64,000 nucleotides of DNA from Camelus ferus. Taxonomy: Eukaryota. Both the position numbers and the translations under genes were made by a program. Positions 62,095 through 64,000 of this stretch are shown piece after piece (the first letter of the stretch is position 1; each line of letters starts with the position of its first letter). The notes under the pieces were generated by a model, which was not told where the DNA came from, searched no databases, and saw nothing but the letters and a program-made list of their open reading frames with translations. The stretch is taken from NCBI RefSeq assembly GCF_009834535.1, contig NC_045697.1, positions 100,690,001-100,754,000 on the forward strand, given 5' to 3'.

Positions 62095-64000
62095 CCCATA
62101 AACATTTCTTGATCCAGTCTATATGTTGGGTACTTGATACTGGAAATACAGCACTGAAGAAACCATTCAACAGACTTGCCTTTAGGGAGCGTACAGTTTA
62201 GTGAAAGAATAAGACTAGTGAACAAACAAAAAGTAAAACACATAGTATGTTAGAGGCTGATAAATGTTGTGGATAAAAAGAAGGCTTGGAAGGGGAATAA
62301 AAGCTTGTGTGTGCTGTAGGGTGGTGTTATTACAGTGTTAAGAAGGGGGTAAAGAAAGATCTTCCTAAGACCAAGGGAAAACCCCAGAAGCTGAGCACAG
62401 AAATCACAGATAAATGGGGGAAGAGGGTTCCAGGCAAACTGCAAATGCCCTGAGGTGAAGGTTTTGGAAAGGAGAGTGACACGATCTGACTTATTTTTAA
62501 AGGATTGCCTCAAGTACTCTCTGAGAATAAACAGAAAGGTGGCTGAAGAGGGGGCACGGGAAGGCAAAGGCAGATGCAGAGAGAACAGCCAGGAGTTATT
62601 TCAGTAATTACAAACATGGTCTGAGATTGGGTTAGAATGAGAGTAACACGTGTGGTGAGATGTGGTCAGAATATATCCTGAAGTAGAACTGCTCATGGAT
62701 GGGATGTAGGGGATGACAGGAAGGGAAATTGAGCACAGTCATCTCCCCTTATCTGTGGGGGATACGTTCCAAGACCTTCAGTGGATGCCTGAAACGGCGG
62801 AGAGTACCGGACCCAATGTCTGCAATGGTTTTTCCTATACATACATACCTATGATAAAGTTTAATCTGTAAATTGGACACAGTAAGAGATAAACAACAAC
62901 AAATAACAAAATAGGACAATTATAACAGTATACTTTAATAGAAGTGGTGTGAATGTGGGCTCTCTCTCTCAGAATATCTTATTGTACAAATTGAATGCCT
63001 TTTCCATTTTGACTAAACACTTATCACACACTGTGGCTGTAACATTTGCGGTTTGAGGTGTGACAGCAAAACGAGCACAAATTTTCTTTTCCTTCTTAAC
63101 AATTTCACAGACAGAAGACTTCTTCTTACCATAAATCTTAGCAACCTCAGCATACAAATTTTTTTCTTTCCTTGTTAACTTGAGAACTTGCATTTTTTTC
63201 ACTTAAAGGAAGCACACAGCTTCTCTTTGGCATACCTGAATTGCCAGCAACACTTGCACTTTGGTGCCACTATTAAGTAAATTAAGAGTTATTTGAACAC
63301 AAGCACTATGATAATGATACTTTGACAGTTGATCTTATACCCAAGATGGCTCCTAAGTGACTAATATGCTGGAAAAGGGGTGATTCACGTCCCAGGTGGG
63401 TCAGAGCAGGAGGAGGGAGATTTCATCATGCTACTCAGAATGGTGCATGACTTAAAATTTATGAATTGTTTATTTCTGGAATTCTTCATGTAATAGTTTC
63501 GGGCTGTGGTTGACCATAGTAACTAATTCTGCAGAAAGTGAAACCGCAGACAAGGGGAACCACTGTAACTGGAGGGGTGACATTGCCGATAGCTAAGTTG
63601 GGAAAGACTATAAGGTGAATGCATGTAGAAGGAAGATCTCAAGTGCAGTTTTGGGCATTTTAAATTGAAGATGCCTCTACGTGGGTGAAAGAAGTTCAGA
63701 GGGAGGAACAGAACTGTTGGTCCACGGATGACATTTGAAACTATGATATCCATTGAGATTAGATGAAATTACCTAGACTACGAGTAGGAAATAGTCGATT
63801 TCCTTGGGCATCAATGCATTAAGAGACCAGAGAGATGAGGAAGAAATGTGAGCCAGTGAGGAAAGGTGTGCTGAAAGCGAAGAAAGCATACAGAAGAGGA
63901 GCGAGTCATTACCTGAAGCAATGCTGCTGGCTGGTCAAGTTCCACAATGATGACAAATTAATCCTTGGATTTAGCACACTGTCGGAAATTGGTGGCTTTG
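62095..64000 (-). mobile_element. L2 element interrupted by a Tigger derivative
   Basis: CTATATGTTGGGTACT..TGCAAATGCCCTGAGG..GTGACACGATCTGACTTATTTTTAAAGGAT; resumes after 63567 (CAGTTTTGGGCATTTTAAATTGAAGATGCCT..CCTTGGATTTAGCA). Confidence 0.75.
62736..63565 (-). mobile_element. Tigger7/MER44-family TcMar-Tigger internal-deletion derivative
   Basis: Terminal inverted repeats CAGTCATCTCCCCTTATCTGTGG / CCGCAGACAAGGGGAACCACTG with CA/TA flanks. ORF 62969-63202 (RKEKNLYAEVAKIYGK..EIVKKEKKI..KMEKAFNL) is a pogo/CENP-B-type N-terminal HTH remnant. Confidence 0.9.

Noticed and set aside
1..64000. CRISPR arrays, operons, prokaryotic defence systems, CpG-island promoter or an identifiable host gene
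   Set aside because: The sequence is mammalian and repeat-rich, with no repeat-spacer array, no CpG island and no exon translating to a protein I recognise

Overview
Mammalian, repeat-rich, AT-rich non-coding DNA. It is most likely camelid (alpaca/llama/camel), based on two tRNA-derived Vic-1-type SINEs and cetartiodactyl-type L1 3' ends; I saw no bovid, porcine or primate SINEs. I found no recognisable protein-coding gene, CpG island or functional RNA gene. Every ORF I could recognise is decayed L1 ORF1/ORF2, Tigger transposase or simple repeat. The window holds a layered transposon record: CR1/L3, L2, MIR, old and young L1s, at least eight solo LTRs (several with clean target-site duplications), and hAT and TcMar DNA elements. 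Between them are unique islands with enhancer-like motif clusters (about 7.7, 25.5 and 35.2 kb). L1s and LTRs lie on both strands, which fits an intergenic region or a large intron. Most interesting: an L1 with an in-frame, microhomology-bounded ORF1-to-RT deletion; a nested MER68-like/MER41-like LTR with three perfect STAT (GAS) motifs; two inverted MER41-like LTRs carrying ARE motifs and CpG-decayed STAT sites; a solo LTR with RFX and NF-Y sites; and two candidate orphan exons. I cannot support a new biological system from the sequence alone. Repeat family names come from my recall of consensus sequences and need RepeatMasker/Dfam confirmation.
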